A stretch of 63,058 nt of DNA, from contig NC_068983.1 of NCBI RefSeq assembly GCF_001194135.2, positions 87,843,280 through 87,906,337 of the forward strand. The letters are read 5' to 3'. Below are positions 1 through 13,331 of this stretch, in pieces. Position 1 is the stretch's first letter. Each line of letters opens with the position of its first letter. Both the position numbers and the translations under genes were made by a program. A model generated the notes under the pieces. The model saw only the letters and a list, made by a program, of their open reading frames with translations, did no database searches and was not told where the DNA came from. The stretch comes from Octopus bimaculoides. Taxonomy: Eukaryota.

Positions 1-74
1 CTGGGGTCGATTTGCTCGACTAAAAGCGGTGCTTCAGCATGGCCGCAGTCAAATGACTGAAACGAGTAAAAAGA

Positions 75-117
<43 letters not shown>

Positions 118-954
118 ATATATAATACATACATATAATATATATGGTGGGTGCCTGAGTGAAAGGGTGAGTCAGGCACTTATAATTGTTATACGTGAAT
201 ATGTGTGACATACAAACATGCATACAAGCATACACACATTCACATATACATGTATATTATATCTATACATTATATATTACAAACAAACACACACACACAT
301 GTATGTATGTATGTCGTAATGTATGAGTTGTAAAATACATTAAAAACAAATGTAACGAAGTTCAAACAATATCTGGTATATTGTATTAGAACTACTCAGA
401 GTTTAACCCCGTGTAGAGCAGTACACACACACACACACACACACNNNNNNNNNNNNNNNNNNNNNNNNNNNNNNNNNNNNNNNNNNNNNNNNNNNNNNNN
501 NNNNNNNNNNNNNNNNNNNNNNNNNNNNNNNNNNNNNNNNNNNNACATACATACATACATACATACATACATACATAGACATCATGAACAAACTGTTACT
601 TTCTCAGATGCAGCACGAAATTTTGTCAGTGAACAGATTGCAGTTTCAAAGCGACGAAAATATTTTGACACAAATGAAATTTTAATGCTGAAGTGATTTT
701 AACGGGTTTTGTGTGTTTTTGAATGGCTTACAAACATCTTCCACGCTGCAATTGTATATATATATATATATATATATATNNNNNNNNNNNNNNNNNNNNN
801 NNNNNNNNNNNNNNNNNNNNNNTATAAAGATTGAAAGATAGATAGATGAATATGTATATATGCTTACGTGTGTGTGTGTATGTATGTATTTATGTATGTA
901 TGTATGTATGTATGTATGTATCTATGTATGTATGTTTGTATGTATGAATATAAG

Positions 955-1490
955 TATGTGCTTCTTTGTCTCTTTTCAATCTTAGAATAAATTTTGACCA
1001 GCCACCTATTTGGTAACAAGGTTGTGAAGGGAAGTATCTTGATTTATCAATCGTCCTTTAAATCTTTAGGTCTTGCAGATTTTCATAGTCCCAGATAATG
1101 TGACCATTTGTCGCGTATGAATTAAGAATCTGCATTCTCTCCCCAAGAATGCAAGTTTAGCCATACTTTACTCCAGACCAGTTTATATGTATCTCAAACA
1201 ATTAGCCGCACCTACACTCCAGAAATAGCACTGAAACTTTTTTTACTCCACATCTCTGTATATTAGATGGATAAAGAAATAGAGTTTACAGTCGTATTCA
1301 TTATTCATCTCAAGTTTGGACAACTTTGAAAAGACCCTCTCAAAATTTTTTTACTAAACATGTCCGTTTGTACGCCCACTTTCAGTCCTCGTAATCTCTC
1401 CACAAACATGAGAAGCCCTATTAAGGAACTTTCGTCTATTCACCTATATGCAATTGTCATATCACTTATAATGTAGAATCGTTTTCTCTA
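955..1490 (-). mobile_element. LINE-like 3' fragment with (TACA)n tail, family unresolved
   Basis: Homologous to 5185-5390. Both end ...SKIEK.QRST followed by (TACA)n on the minus strand. Confidence 0.45.
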
Positions 1491-1663
1491 ATTCGGTCTT
1501 TGACAACCTCTCCATTTGGGACTGCACACACATACACACGTGCTTGCGCTCATGCACACAGACACACGGACATACACACACACATATGTATGTATATATA
1601 TATCTATCTATATATATATATGTATGTGTGTGTGTGTGTGTGTGAGTGTGTGTGTGTGTGTAT

Positions 1664-2072
1664 ACTCTTTTACTTCTTTCAGTCATTTTGATTGTGGCCA
1701 TGCTGGAGCACCGCCTTTAGTCGAGCAAATCGACCCAGGACTTATTCTTTGTAAGCCTAGTACTTATTCTATCGGTCTCTGTTGCCGAACCGCTAAGTTA
1801 CGGGGACGTAAACACACCAGCATCGGTTGTCAAGCGATGTTGGGGGGACAAATATAGACACACAAGCATATACACACACCTACATATATATATATATATA
1901 TACATATATACGACAGGCTTCTTTCAGTTTCCGTCTACCAGATCCACTCACAAGGCTTTGGTCGGCCCGAGGCTATTGTATAAGACACTTGCCCAAGGTA
2001 CCACGCAGTGGGACTGAACCCGGAACCATGTGGTTGGTAAGCAAGCTACTTACCACACAGCCACTTCTGCGC
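1664..2072 (-). mobile_element. SINE family A (tRNA-derived head with CORE-like ACCTTGGGCAAGTG, internal microsatellite), full length
   Basis: A-box-like TGGCTGTGTGG and B-box-like GGTTCAGTCCC. More than 12 homologous pieces occur in the window. It resembles the octopus OR-type SINEs (from memory). Confidence 0.9.
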
Positions 2073-2852
2073 ATACACACACACANNNNNNNNNNNNNNN
2101 NNNNNNNNNNNNNNNNNNNNNNNNNNNNNNNNNNNNNNNNNNNNNNNNNNNNNNNNNNNNNNNNNNNNNNNNNNNNNNNNNNNNNNNNNNNNNNNNNNNN
2201 NNNNNNNNNNNNNNNNNNNNNNNNNNNNNNNNNNNNNNNNNNNNNNNNNNNNNNNNNNNNNNNNNNNNNNNNNNNNNNNNNNNNNNNNNNNNNNNNNNNN
2301 NNNNNNNNNNNNNNNNNNNNNNNNNNNNNNNNNNNNNNNNNNNNNNNNNNNNNNNNNNNNNNNNNNNNNNNNNNNNNNNNNNNNNNNNNNNNNNNNNNNN
2401 NNNNNNNNNNNNNNNNNNNNNNNNNNNNNNNNNNNNNNNNNNNNNNNNNNNNNNNNNNNNNNNNNNNNNNNNNNNNNNNNNNNNNNNNNNNNNNNNNNNN
2501 NNNNNNNNNNNNNNNNNNNNNNNNNNNNNNNNNNNNNNNNNNNNNNNNNNNNNNNNNNNNNNNNNNNNNNNNNNNNNNNNNNNNNNNNNNNNNNNNNNNN
2601 NNNNNNNNNNNNNNNNNNNNNNNNNNNNNNNNNNNNNNNNNNNNNNNNNNNNNNNNNNNNNNNNNNNNNNNNNNNNNNNNNNNNNNNNNNNNNNNNNNNN
2701 NNNNNNNNNNNNNNNNNNNNNNNNNNNNNNNNNNNNNNNNNNNNNNNNNNNNNNNNNNNNNNNNNNNNNNNNNNNNNNNNNNNNNNNNNNNNNNNNNNNN
2801 NNNNNNNNNNNNNNNNNNNNNNNNNNNNNNNNNNNNNNNNNNNNNNNNNNNN

Positions 2853-2949
<97 letters not shown>

Positions 2950-3731
2950 CACACATGGGTACAGGACATCACCAACTGTAAACAACAGGGAGTAAGAAAA
3001 CAAGCGAGAATGGCGTAAGTGGAGCAAGAACTCACACGGAAATAGATATATTCGCACATATTTACATACAGCGTGTGTTGAAAAGTTAAGGCTCATGATT
3101 ATGACGTGCATGGAACTGTCTGTTACATTGTTATACAACCAATCAGTCAAACAATCACTGACTCACTCCCCCAATCGATTATCGAAGTCCATTTATTTTC
3201 ACTGTGTCTCTCTCCATGCACACGCACTCATACGGAGAGACACAAACTTACACACACATATACATCATACACGTACACGTACTCATGCATACTCACATAT
3301 GCATATATGTTTATATGTGTATAGATGTGTTTGCGTATGTATGTGTGTATACATACATATATATATATATATATATANNNNNNNNNNNNNNNNNNNNNNN
3401 NNNNNNNNNNNNNNNNNNNNNNNNNNNNNNNNNNNNNNNNNNNNNNNNNNNNNNNNNNNNNNNNNNNNNNNNNNNNNNNNNNNNNNNNNNNNNNNNNNNN
3501 NNNNNNNNNNNNNNNNNNNNNNNNNNNNNNNNNNNNNNNNNNNNNNNNNNNNNNNNNNNNNNNNNNNNNNNNNNNNNNNNNNNNNNNNNNNNNNNNNNNN
3601 NNNNNNNNNNNNNNNNNNNNNNNNNNNNNNNNNNNNNNNNNNNNNNNNNNNNNNNNNNNNNNNNNNNNNNNNNNNNNNNNNNNNNNNNNNNNNNNNNNNN
3701 NNNNNNNNNNNNNNNNNNNNNNNNNNNNNNN

Positions 3732-3945
3732 NTGGTTTGTGTTTGCCACCTTGGAATCCTCTGTGTAGTTGGTTGATCCACTACTCAGGAAGAGACTATT
3801 CTAGAGTACGTCCTGTCTGGTCTTCGAAACGTCTAGATAGAATAGAGACAGCTGATGAAGGGATATTCCAAGGGGCTTTCCGTTTTCCTATGTGTTCGTT
3901 CCGTTGTCTGTAGTTTATTGTTCTAACGTCCTGTACCCTGATATG
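3732..3945 (+). repeat. Penelope-terminal-repeat-like dispersed element carrying degenerate hammerhead motifs
   Basis: Shares the terminal GG(G)TACAGGACGT motif and the TCGAAA...CTGATGAA arrangement with 14265-14610 and 34730-35165. Confidence 0.5.
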
Positions 3946-4039
3946 CGTGTATATACACATGTAGATGTAAGTATGTACATATATGTGTGTATACATGTAT
4001 ATATATTCTTTGTATTATTATATATATATATATATATAT

Positions 4040-4088
<49 letters not shown>

Positions 4089-4160
4089 TGTGCTTATATG
4101 TGAGTGTATAAACACACTCACCGATCACGCACCAAAACATTTCACATTTTATTATATTAC

Positions 4161-4222
<62 letters not shown>

Positions 4223-4238
4223 CGTTATTATTATTACT

Positions 4239-4440
4239 AAGGCAGCAAGCTGGCAGAATCATTAGCGCGCCGCACGAAATGCTTAGCGGTATTTCGCCTG
4301 TCGCTAAGTTCAAATTCCATCGAGGTCGACTTTGTCTTTCATCCTTTCGGAATCGATAAATTGAAGTACAATTGAAACACTGGGTCAATGTAATCGACTT
4401 ACCCCTCCCAAAACTTTCAGGCCTTGTGCCTTTAGTAGAA
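4239..4440 (+). mobile_element. SINE family B (tRNA-like head; GTCGACTTTG.CTTTCATCCTTTCGG core)
   Basis: A-box-like TGGCAGAATC and B-box-like GTTCAAATTCC. Preceded by (TTA)n. Homologous copies at 9386, 24795, 45498, 50664 and 58016. Confidence 0.88.
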
Positions 4441-4987
4441 AAATTAAATCATGTCTTTGACAATTCCATATTGAACTTATTTGTTTTGAGTCAAATAGAC
4501 TAAAGCAATGTGAAACTATGACCATCCAGGAATTGAACACACAACATAATAACAGAGAGCCGAATTCACTAATCACTAGATCACGTGCCTTTTCTTTACG
4601 CGCATGCGTGTGTGTGCGCTTGTGTGTGTATGTAAATAGAAATATGTGCAGCGTGTGTATGTACGCGCACAGCAAACATATACACACATGTCCATGTATA
4701 TATTGTAATAATTTGTCATTGATATCTAGTCACGCTTAAGTAACATGGCATATGTTTCTGATATATGTCGTGGTATAATCCAGCATGTCATATCATGAGA
4801 ATCTAATAGCATTTTTAGTTACACAATTTGTCATGCTATGTCTCGTTATATTACGTATCATATTAAATTCTTTATACTCTACAGTTTTGCAATTCTGTGC
4901 AATACACTCCACAATTAGCATATATTTAAAAAGACTGTACATAGTCGCTTGATATGCTAGAAGTAGCTATTACTTCTTTAAATCACT

Positions 4988-5039
<52 letters not shown>

Positions 5040-5184
5040 AGAGAGATAGCTAGCTAGCTAGCTAGCTAGATAGATAGATAGATAGATAGATATATGCATA
5101 TACATATATACCAGTGTGTGTGAATTTATATATGAATGTATGTATGTATGTATGTATGTATTATGTATATATGTATGAATGTAT

Positions 5185-5390
5185 GAATATATGTATGTGC
5201 TTCTCTTTCCCTTTTCAATTTTAGAGTAAATTTTGAGCGGCCGCCTACTTGGTAGCATGGTTGTGAAGGAAAGGCCTTGCAAAATTTATTTAGTCTCAAA
5301 TATCGTGATCTTTTGTTGCATATGAATTAAGTATTTGTTTTATTTCTCCAACATCCCAAGTTCAGCCATACTTTGCTCATGTATGTATGC
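5185..5390 (-). mobile_element. Second, shorter copy of the 955-1490 repeat
   Basis: Shared motifs GTGCTTCT...TTTTCAAT.TTAGA..AATTTTGA, GGTTGTGAAGG and CAAGTT.AGCCATACTTT; (TATG)n flank. Confidence 0.45.
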
Positions 5391-5425
5391 ATGTATGTAT
5401 GTATGTATGTATGTATGTACGTATG

Positions 5426-5459
<34 letters not shown>

Positions 5460-5938
5460 TGTATGTTTGTTTGTTTGCTTAACTGCGGCCATGCTGAAGC
5501 GCCGCCTTGAGAGTTTTTAGTCAAGCAAATTGACATACTTTGCTTCATTGTAGGTATGAAGCTGAAAGTGCATCTTGGGGATTGGAGTTGCAAACTTCTT
5601 ATCAATGGTCCATAGATGTCCTCTTTCTCTCTTCTTTTTTACTAACCATATTCGTCTTCAGAGGAAACTGATTTATGTATGTATGTATGTATGTATGGAT
5701 GGATGGATTGATGGATGGATGGACGGATGGTTGGTTGGTCAGTTGGTTGGACGGATGGATGGATGCCTGCATGGATAGAGTATCTGTAGTGGTATACAGA
5801 TTTTATATATTAATAAAAGAAAAAGTCGTCAGGTGGTTATTGTGCACATTCATATGATACAAGCCCTTCGTCGGAAGTATTCGTTTATTTTATGCGTGTC
5901 TCGGCGAGTGATTGTACCAAACAGGCAAATTAAAAGTA

Positions 5939-5986
<48 letters not shown>

Positions 5987-6556
5987 TTCTATGTCAATAC
6001 TTCATTGTTACTTATTTAAGTTGACAGAAATACATATGTGGGGCTGACTGGGGCAAGTGTATTCGATTACATCGATCTGCCTACTTGACTGGTATTTACT
6101 TTATTGACCTTTTAAATATTGAACGTCAAGTTGGAATCAGTGAGGTTTGAACTTAGGGAGTAAATGGCCGTAACTAAACACTGCACAATATGTCTTCCAA
6201 CACGCCAACGATTCAGCCATCTACCAAACCACCGATTCACTGTTATTAGGATCATAAACACTTGATTCATGTATTATTGATAAAAGTGACTCTACAAAAT
6301 ACAATAGAAAAATAATTTTTTTATAAAATGGTTGAAATTCCGAAGCTCTGTTGTTATTTTATCTTCTGCAGCTTCCGGACTTCTGTGCTACAGAGCACAT
6401 TCTTGAAAGGGGTTTTGGTTTATCAAATCGACTGCAATATTTATTTCGAGCTTTAATGATCTCAGTTTATCGAAAGACTTACTTACCACTTGACACACCA
6501 TCTTACACTAGTATACACACAGCCATGTACACATATACACGTGTGTATTTGTGTAT

Positions 6557-6616
<60 letters not shown>

Positions 6617-7566
6617 ATACCATTTACTTAGCGCTAACCCCTTTTAGAGATAATTCACTATTGCGTTCCTTTTTCTCGGGGTTTAAAGAACAAAGCTACT
6701 TGAAGCTCTTGGCCTTTANNNNNNNNNNNNNNNNNNNNNNNNNNNNNNNNNNNNNNNNNNNNNNNNNNNNNNNNNNNNNNNNNNNNNNNNNNNNNNNNNN
6801 NNNNNNNNNNNNNNNNNNNNNNNNNNNNNNNNNNNNNNNNNNNNNNNNNNNNNNNNNNNNNNNNNNNNNNNNNNNNNNNNNNNNNNNNNNNNNNNNNNNN
6901 NNNNNNNNNNNNNNNNNNNNNNNNNNNNNNNNNNNNNNNNNNNNNNNNNNNNNNNNNNNNNNNNNNNNNNNNNNNNNNNNNNNNNNNNNNNNNNNNNNNN
7001 NNNNNNNNNNNNNNNNNNNNNNNNNNNNNNNNNNNNNNNNNNNNNNNNNNNNNNNNNNNNNNNNNNNNNNNNNNNNNNNNNNNNNNNNNNNNNNNNNNNN
7101 NNNNNNNNNNNNNNNNNNNNNNNNNNNNNNNNNNNNNNNNNNNNNNNNNNNNNNNNNNNNNNNNNNNNNNNNNNNNNNNNNNNNNNNNNNNNNNNNNNNN
7201 NNNNNNNNNNNNNNNNNNNNNNNNNNNNNNNNNNNNNNNNNNNNNNNNNNNNNNNNNNNNNNNNNNNNNNNNNNNNNNNNNNNNNNNNNNNNNNNNNNNN
7301 NNNNNNNNNNNNNNNNNNNNNNNNNNNNNNNNNNNNNNNNNNNNNNNNNNNNNNNNNNNNNNNNNNNNNNNNNNNNNNNNNNNNNNNNNNNNNNNNNNNN
7401 NNNNNNNNNNNNNNNNNNNNNNNNNNNNNNNNNNNNNNNNNNNNNNNNNNNNNNNNNNNNNNNNNNNNNNNNNNNNNNNNNNNNNNNNNNNNNNNNNNNN
7501 NNNNNNNNNNNNNNNNNNNNNNNNNNNNNNNNNNNNNNNNNNNNNNNNNNNNNNNNNNNNNNNNNN

Positions 7567-8426
7567 GTAAAAAAACAGGCAAAGGAATATCTAAGTGAAT
7601 TCCAATTGCAACAAATTCAAGAGTTAGACGAACTAGAAACACCTGCAGAAAAAGCTAAGCGCTTGAAAACCCGTGCAAAAATTGCTGCCTTAGATATTAT
7701 GACTGAAAAATGGCATGGAAAACCTCTCAATGGCAAATACCCAAAGAGAGCGAATAATGCAGATATTGACAAAGCCCTTACCCATCAATGGCTAATGGCC
7801 TCTGGCTTGAAATCAGAAGCAGAGGGGTTTATCATAGCAGCCCAAGATCAATGCCTACCTACAAAGAACTACCAGGCCAACATTAAAGAACGGCAGCTCT
7901 CCATTATGTCGTATATGCCAACAACAAAATGGGACCATCGATCATGTCTCCATGTGCAGTCTGCTTGCGCCTACAGAGTATCTCAACAGGCATGATAGAG
8001 CTGCACAATATATTCACTGGGTAATATGCAAAAACCTGGACTTGCCCCATGATAAAAACTGGTGGGAACACAAACCACCTCCAGTACTTGAAAATGATCA
8101 CATCGCACTCCTCTGGAACTTCACCATTCAAACTGACAGAAAGATAGACGCAAATAGGCCAGACATCATNNNNNNNNNNAGATAGTGCTCACGGGAACTG
8201 CCCATATCCTACGTAAAATACTGTCTATGTGATCTCAAATTTTAAAACAAACACATAATTTTCTTATGGTTTCTTAAACATTCACTCGAACAAAACTGTA
8301 CAAATCCAAATATATGGTACCCTAGGCATAACACCTACATGAACTTCTAACTTGTTGTCTCTTGAGGTCTCTGGGTGAGACTTGGATCCAACTTGTACAA
8401 ATGCAAAACAAAAATGAAATATAAAA
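7567..8426 (+). mobile_element. R4/Dong-clade (RLE-type) non-LTR retrotransposon, 3' part plus 3'UTR, ending in (TAA)n
   Basis: WHGKPLNGKY...GLKSEAEGFIIAAQDQ, zinc knuckle remnant, YLNRHDRAAQYIHW, WWEHKP, LWNFTIQTDRKIDANRPDI. The 5' end runs into a gap. Confidence 0.85.
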
Positions 8427-8457
8427 TAATAATAATAATGATAACAACAACAACAAC

Positions 8458-8513
<56 letters not shown>

Positions 8514-8529
8514 TAACAACAACAACAAC

Positions 8530-8588
<59 letters not shown>

Positions 8589-8607
8589 TAACAACAACAA
8601 CAACAAC

Positions 8608-8660
<53 letters not shown>
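8427..8660. repeat. (AAT)n array with a three-copy higher-order unit containing GAT(AAC)5-6
   Basis: Read directly from the sequence. Confidence 0.95.
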
Positions 8661-8661
<1 letters not shown>

Positions 8662-9340
8662 TTCTTTATTAGCCTCACATGCCCACATAAAAGACATAAA
8701 AAACAGTGATACAATACAGAAAACACAGAGCTTAAAGCGTGAACACACCAGAAATAGAATTTCAAATAACGGGAATTTCCTAAAGAGGGGAAACACCTCC
8801 GAGGATTACTCGTGGAAACTCCACAAAATGTACGGTTACCCTGATCACCAAGGGGGGTACCCACCCTATTTGGTGCTCCTCCAATCTAAAAGCGCATACC
8901 TTGAGTAAGCCCGTTCATTTGAACCATGCTCACCACCTTTACTCACTTTTCAACGAATATACTGACAGGTAATACTTACTTTCTACCTTTACTTTCTTTT
9001 TTGTGTGGAACCTAAAATAGTTGTTGAGGGATGGGTTAAAAGGGGACGCTCTTAAACAGGCCTCTTGTTGCCTAAAAGAAAACTCTAGCTGCCCCACTCT
9101 ACCCGGGGCATAGACAGCTCCTGATCTGAAAGTTTAGTCTTCGCTGCTGGTCACATCCATCACATCATCCACTTACCTTATGGCTCCAGAAAAGCGATCC
9201 GAAGCTCAAGATCCAGACTTTTGTAAAACAACACAGCTACTCCGCTATTACTTCCCGACTGACTTGGAGGTGCACATGCTCGTAACCCCCAAGGATAGGC
9301 GCGAACGTTTGCAACCCACTAATTCTGGTATCATTGATAA
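8661..9340 (-). mobile_element. Internally deleted L1/Tx1-type LINE (APE endonuclease fragment joined to 3' end)
   Basis: Minus strand reads SGVAVLFYKSLDL...LEP*G / VMDVTSSED*TFRSGAVYAP (APE-like). The 3' part is homologous to 38280-38430 and ends AATAAAGAAA followed by (TTA)n. Confidence 0.6.
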
Positions 9341-9342
9341 AA

Positions 9343-9385
<43 letters not shown>

Positions 9386-9388
<3 letters not shown>

Positions 9389-9640
9389 CGGCGAGCTGTC
9401 AGAATCGTCAGCACACCGGGCAAAATAGCGGCATTTCGTTTTCCTTCATGTTATAAGTACAAATTCCGCCAAGGTTGGCTCTGCTTTCCATCCTTTCAGC
9501 GCTGATAAAATAAGTACTGGAGTCGATGTAATCGGCTGCTCTCCTCGGCTAAAATTGCAGTTCTTATGGTATAGTAGATAGGCTTATCGTTAAGGCGGCG
9601 TGCTGGCACAATTGTTAACACATCGGGAAAAAAATGAAAA
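9386..9640 (+). mobile_element. SINE B followed by a second SINE B head fragment that abuts the Dong RT copy
   Basis: AGGCGGCGAGCTG.CAGAATCG at 9386 and AGGCGGCGTGCTGGCAC at ~9594. Confidence 0.75.
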
Positions 9641-11320
9641 TTTCCCAGTACTACACAAAAGAGCTGCGCAAATAGATAAACTGATCAACAATGGGGCGGA
9701 AATCCCAAAATGGTTGACCACAAGTAAAACGGTTCTTTGCCAAAAGGATCTTAGTAAAGATAATGCAGTGGATAATTACCAGCCTATCTCTTGTCTGCCT
9801 CTGATGTGGAAGTTGATGACAGGAATAATATCTAATTGTGTGTATAAGTTCCTGGAAATGAATGACTCACTGCCAGTGGAACAGAAATAAGGAAATGCCG
9901 AGGAACAAAAGACCAACTTCTGATAGACATAATGGTCCTTATGGACCAAGAAAAAATATACTAGCTTGGGTATGGCGTGGATTGAATATAAGAAAGCATA
10001 TGACACGGTTCTCCATTCCTGGATTTTAGAAAGTCTTGTGTTGGTGCAGGTGTCTGATAATATCTTAAATTTTATCAAGAGATCAATGAAGAACAGGAAT
10101 ACAGAGTTAACACCATGTGGACAATTTTTAGTGAGGGTTAACATCAAGAGAGGCATATTTCAAGGAGATAGCCTATCACTATTGCTATGATACCCCTCGC
10201 ACAAATACTTCGGAAAGTAACATTGCAGTACACCTTGAAAAATGGAGAAAGAATTAAATCATCTTTTGTATATGGATGACTTAAAGATCTTCGGCAAGAC
10301 CGAACGTGAAATAAATGGTCTGATCTCAACAGTACAGATAATCAGTAAGGATCTTGGGATGGAATTTGAGATTAAAAGTGTGGTATGCTTATAATATAAA
10401 AAGGTAAAGTAGTATCGTCTGATGGTGTAGATCTACCCAACGGTGAGAAAATCAAGAATGTTGATGGATATAAGTGTCTGGGTATTTTGGAGTATGACAA
10501 AGTCAAGGAGAGTGAGATGAAAGAAAGCTTTAGGTGAGATTACCTCAGAAGAACCAAATTAATTATGAGAAGTAGACTCAATGGAAATAACAAAATCAGG
10601 GCAATGAACACATGGGCTGTTTCTTTAATGCGCTATGGCGCAGGTGTTGTTAGATGGACAAAGAGCAAGCTTGAGGAAACGGGTAGAAAAACTAGGAAAG
10701 TAATGACAATTAACAAAGAACTGTACCCAAAACGCGATATTGATTGACTGTATGTACCCAGAACCAAGAGAGGAGGTGGCCTCATAGGATGCAAGATCTG
10801 TGTTGCCAACGAGAAGAACAGTCAGGGATGAGACATCAAACAGCAGAGTTAATCTTTGCTTGCCTCTGTTAGCAATAATAACACGATAACCTATCGAAAA
10901 AGTGACGCATCCCACAAGATGAAAAACTAAACAACTGAAAAATAAAAATAATGCCTGGGCAATACCTCAGAGAAATCGAAAGACCAACACCTGGAGATAG
11001 CTAAGAAAAAGCGATCTGAAAGGTTGCACTGATCACTGATATGCAACACCCAGGAACAAGCTCTGAGAACTATAATTACACCAAGTTCCAAATAGATAAG
11101 AGCAGGGAATCGCCCCTTTGTAGGATGTGTGGCAGCAAAAGCGAAACAAACGTTGCTAAGTTTATTCACTGGAGACTGTGTGAAAAGTACGGTCTGAGCA
11201 GAGCACAGAAATGGTACAAATATGAACCAGAGCGCGTCGCTGAGAACAATGAATATAAGATCCTGCGAAATTTTGCAATCCAATATGACTCCTTAATCGA
11301 TGCTCAGAGACCAGAAGATA
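9640..11320 (+). mobile_element. Degenerate R4/Dong-clade LINE, RT domain plus start of knuckle/RLE
   Basis: NYQPISCLPLMWKLMTGII, EYKKAYDTV.HSWI, RGIFQGDSLS, LYMDDLK, NTWAVSLMRYGAG, CRMCGSKSET, IHWRLCEKYGL, with multiple frameshifts and stops. Confidence 0.85.
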
Positions 11321-11431
11321 GCTTTAAACCATCCTTTATATCAACAATATATACTGATGTAATGACAGTTTGTGTATAAAGCTTGAAACATGTGTACCGC
11401 GATATCCTTTGTGTTCTGTTTTCAATTTACG

Positions 11432-11484
<53 letters not shown>

Positions 11485-11531
11485 NNNNNNNNNNNNNNNN
11501 NNNNNNNNNNNNNNNNNNNNNNNNNNNNNNN

Positions 11532-11576
<45 letters not shown>

Positions 11577-11577
11577 G

Positions 11578-11618
<41 letters not shown>

Positions 11619-11699
11619 TATATATAAATAGATCTCTATCTCTTTATCGTCTAGACTTTCAAATGTTATACATTATTGTATAAGGACACTAGGCAGTCA

Positions 11700-12275
11700 T
11701 TATACATCTTCTATTGAGCCCGATTTGTTTAACTGTGTCGTCTTTTCATCATCTCAGAGATCATCCAAGTAGTCTCTCCGATCTTTTGGATTCCATTCAA
11801 CAACTGCAAGGGTCTACCCATCTATTTTCTGTGAATCTGACAACGTGTCCGCCCCAGCAGAATTTGCATTTTCGGTATTCCAAAATCACTGAGTTCACTC
11901 AACCCTGTTGTCGAGATTTCTCATTTGAGACATGCTCCCGCAACGGTATTCCTAGCATGGATATTTCCCTGGACTTTTGCGTCATAATCAGTCGTTATTC
12001 TTCCTTCTTAATTGTTGTCCGTGTTTCAGTTGCATATAACAGAGCAAGTAGGACGGGGTTACAGACGAGAAAGGCATTCAAGATTTTGTCCAGCTAAAAA
12101 TTTAGCACGTCTTCAATCGAGACATATGCCTTCTGCCCTGATTTTTACTCTGCGCGAAATTACTGCGTTCCTGTCTCTGCATATATTCATTGTCATTCCC
12201 TGATAACGTACTCACCTACCTTCTCCGTTTCTTCGCTTTCCACTGCTATTCGGTCGTCTGCTATGTTTTCGGGTC
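11700..12275 (-). mobile_element. RTE-clade LINE 3' fragment
   Basis: Minus strand reads LLYATETRTTIKKEE*RL...SMLGIPLREHVSNE...RKCKFCWGGHVVRFTENRW, the standard RTE C-terminal region. Confidence 0.75.
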
Positions 12276-12277
12276 AC

Positions 12278-12310
<33 letters not shown>

Positions 12311-13213
12311 TGTATGTATGTATGTATGTAGTATGTATGTATGTACGTACATATGTATATATACGTATGAATGGAAAATACATATTAATATACGTATACA
12401 TGTATGCGTGTGTGTATAAACATATGAATTTAAATATACATATATATGAATGTATGTATTTTTATGTGGCGAAGGGGTGTATGCGGTCATATATACCTCT
12501 ATACATACGCATGCACACACACACACACGCACATACGCGTATACAGTCACACGCATATTGTTAATATATATGTAATAATGCCGACTGTCCAGACTGTATG
12601 ATACGGTCCGTTGCTGTTAGAGTGTGTGGTGTCTAAAGCCAAGTGGTGTGCACTGAGGTGCATAGATATAGTGACAGTGTAACCAATCAACGGTGACATA
12701 TGTGGAACTCTAATAACAGACTTTGCAGAAGATTTCTTAACGTCTTCTCATAGATTTTAGTTCTTACCTACTGATTCGTAATTCAACCGTGTATCATACG
12801 TGTGTGTGTGTATGTGTGTGTGTGTGTGCGTGCGTGTGTGTGTGTGTGTATTTCTAGCTCTGACTCCTAATTCTGTATGCTTGTCTATGTATATGAATCT
12901 ATGAGTGCATGTGCGTGTGTACCAGTTTATATGCGTGCGTCTGTATTTCTGTGAATCTCTGTTTCTTAGCTTATGTGTCTCTGTGTCTGTGTGTTCTGAT
13001 AGACTTACCAAGTGATTGGTCATTCATCTGTATTGTTTGTGTGTGTGTATATGTGTGTATGTGTGTATGAGACAGGGATAGAAATAGAGTGAGAGAGTGT
13101 GTGTATGTAAGTGTGTACTTGCGTAAGAATGTGCGTTTAAGAGTGTTTGTGAGCGTGTGTATGAGAGAGTGCGCGCGTATGTGTTTGCGTATGTATGTAG
13201 TTAGTGTGAGTGA

Positions 13214-13331
<118 letters not shown>

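Noticed and set aside
1990-2072. tRNA genes at SINE heads
   Set aside because: A/B-box-like motifs are present but there is no cloverleaf or acceptor stem, and they continue into SINE bodies.
12596-12800. Putative MITE bounded by GTATGATACGGT / ACCGTGTATCATAC
   Set aside because: The inverted match is short and gapped, with no TSD and no second copy in the window.
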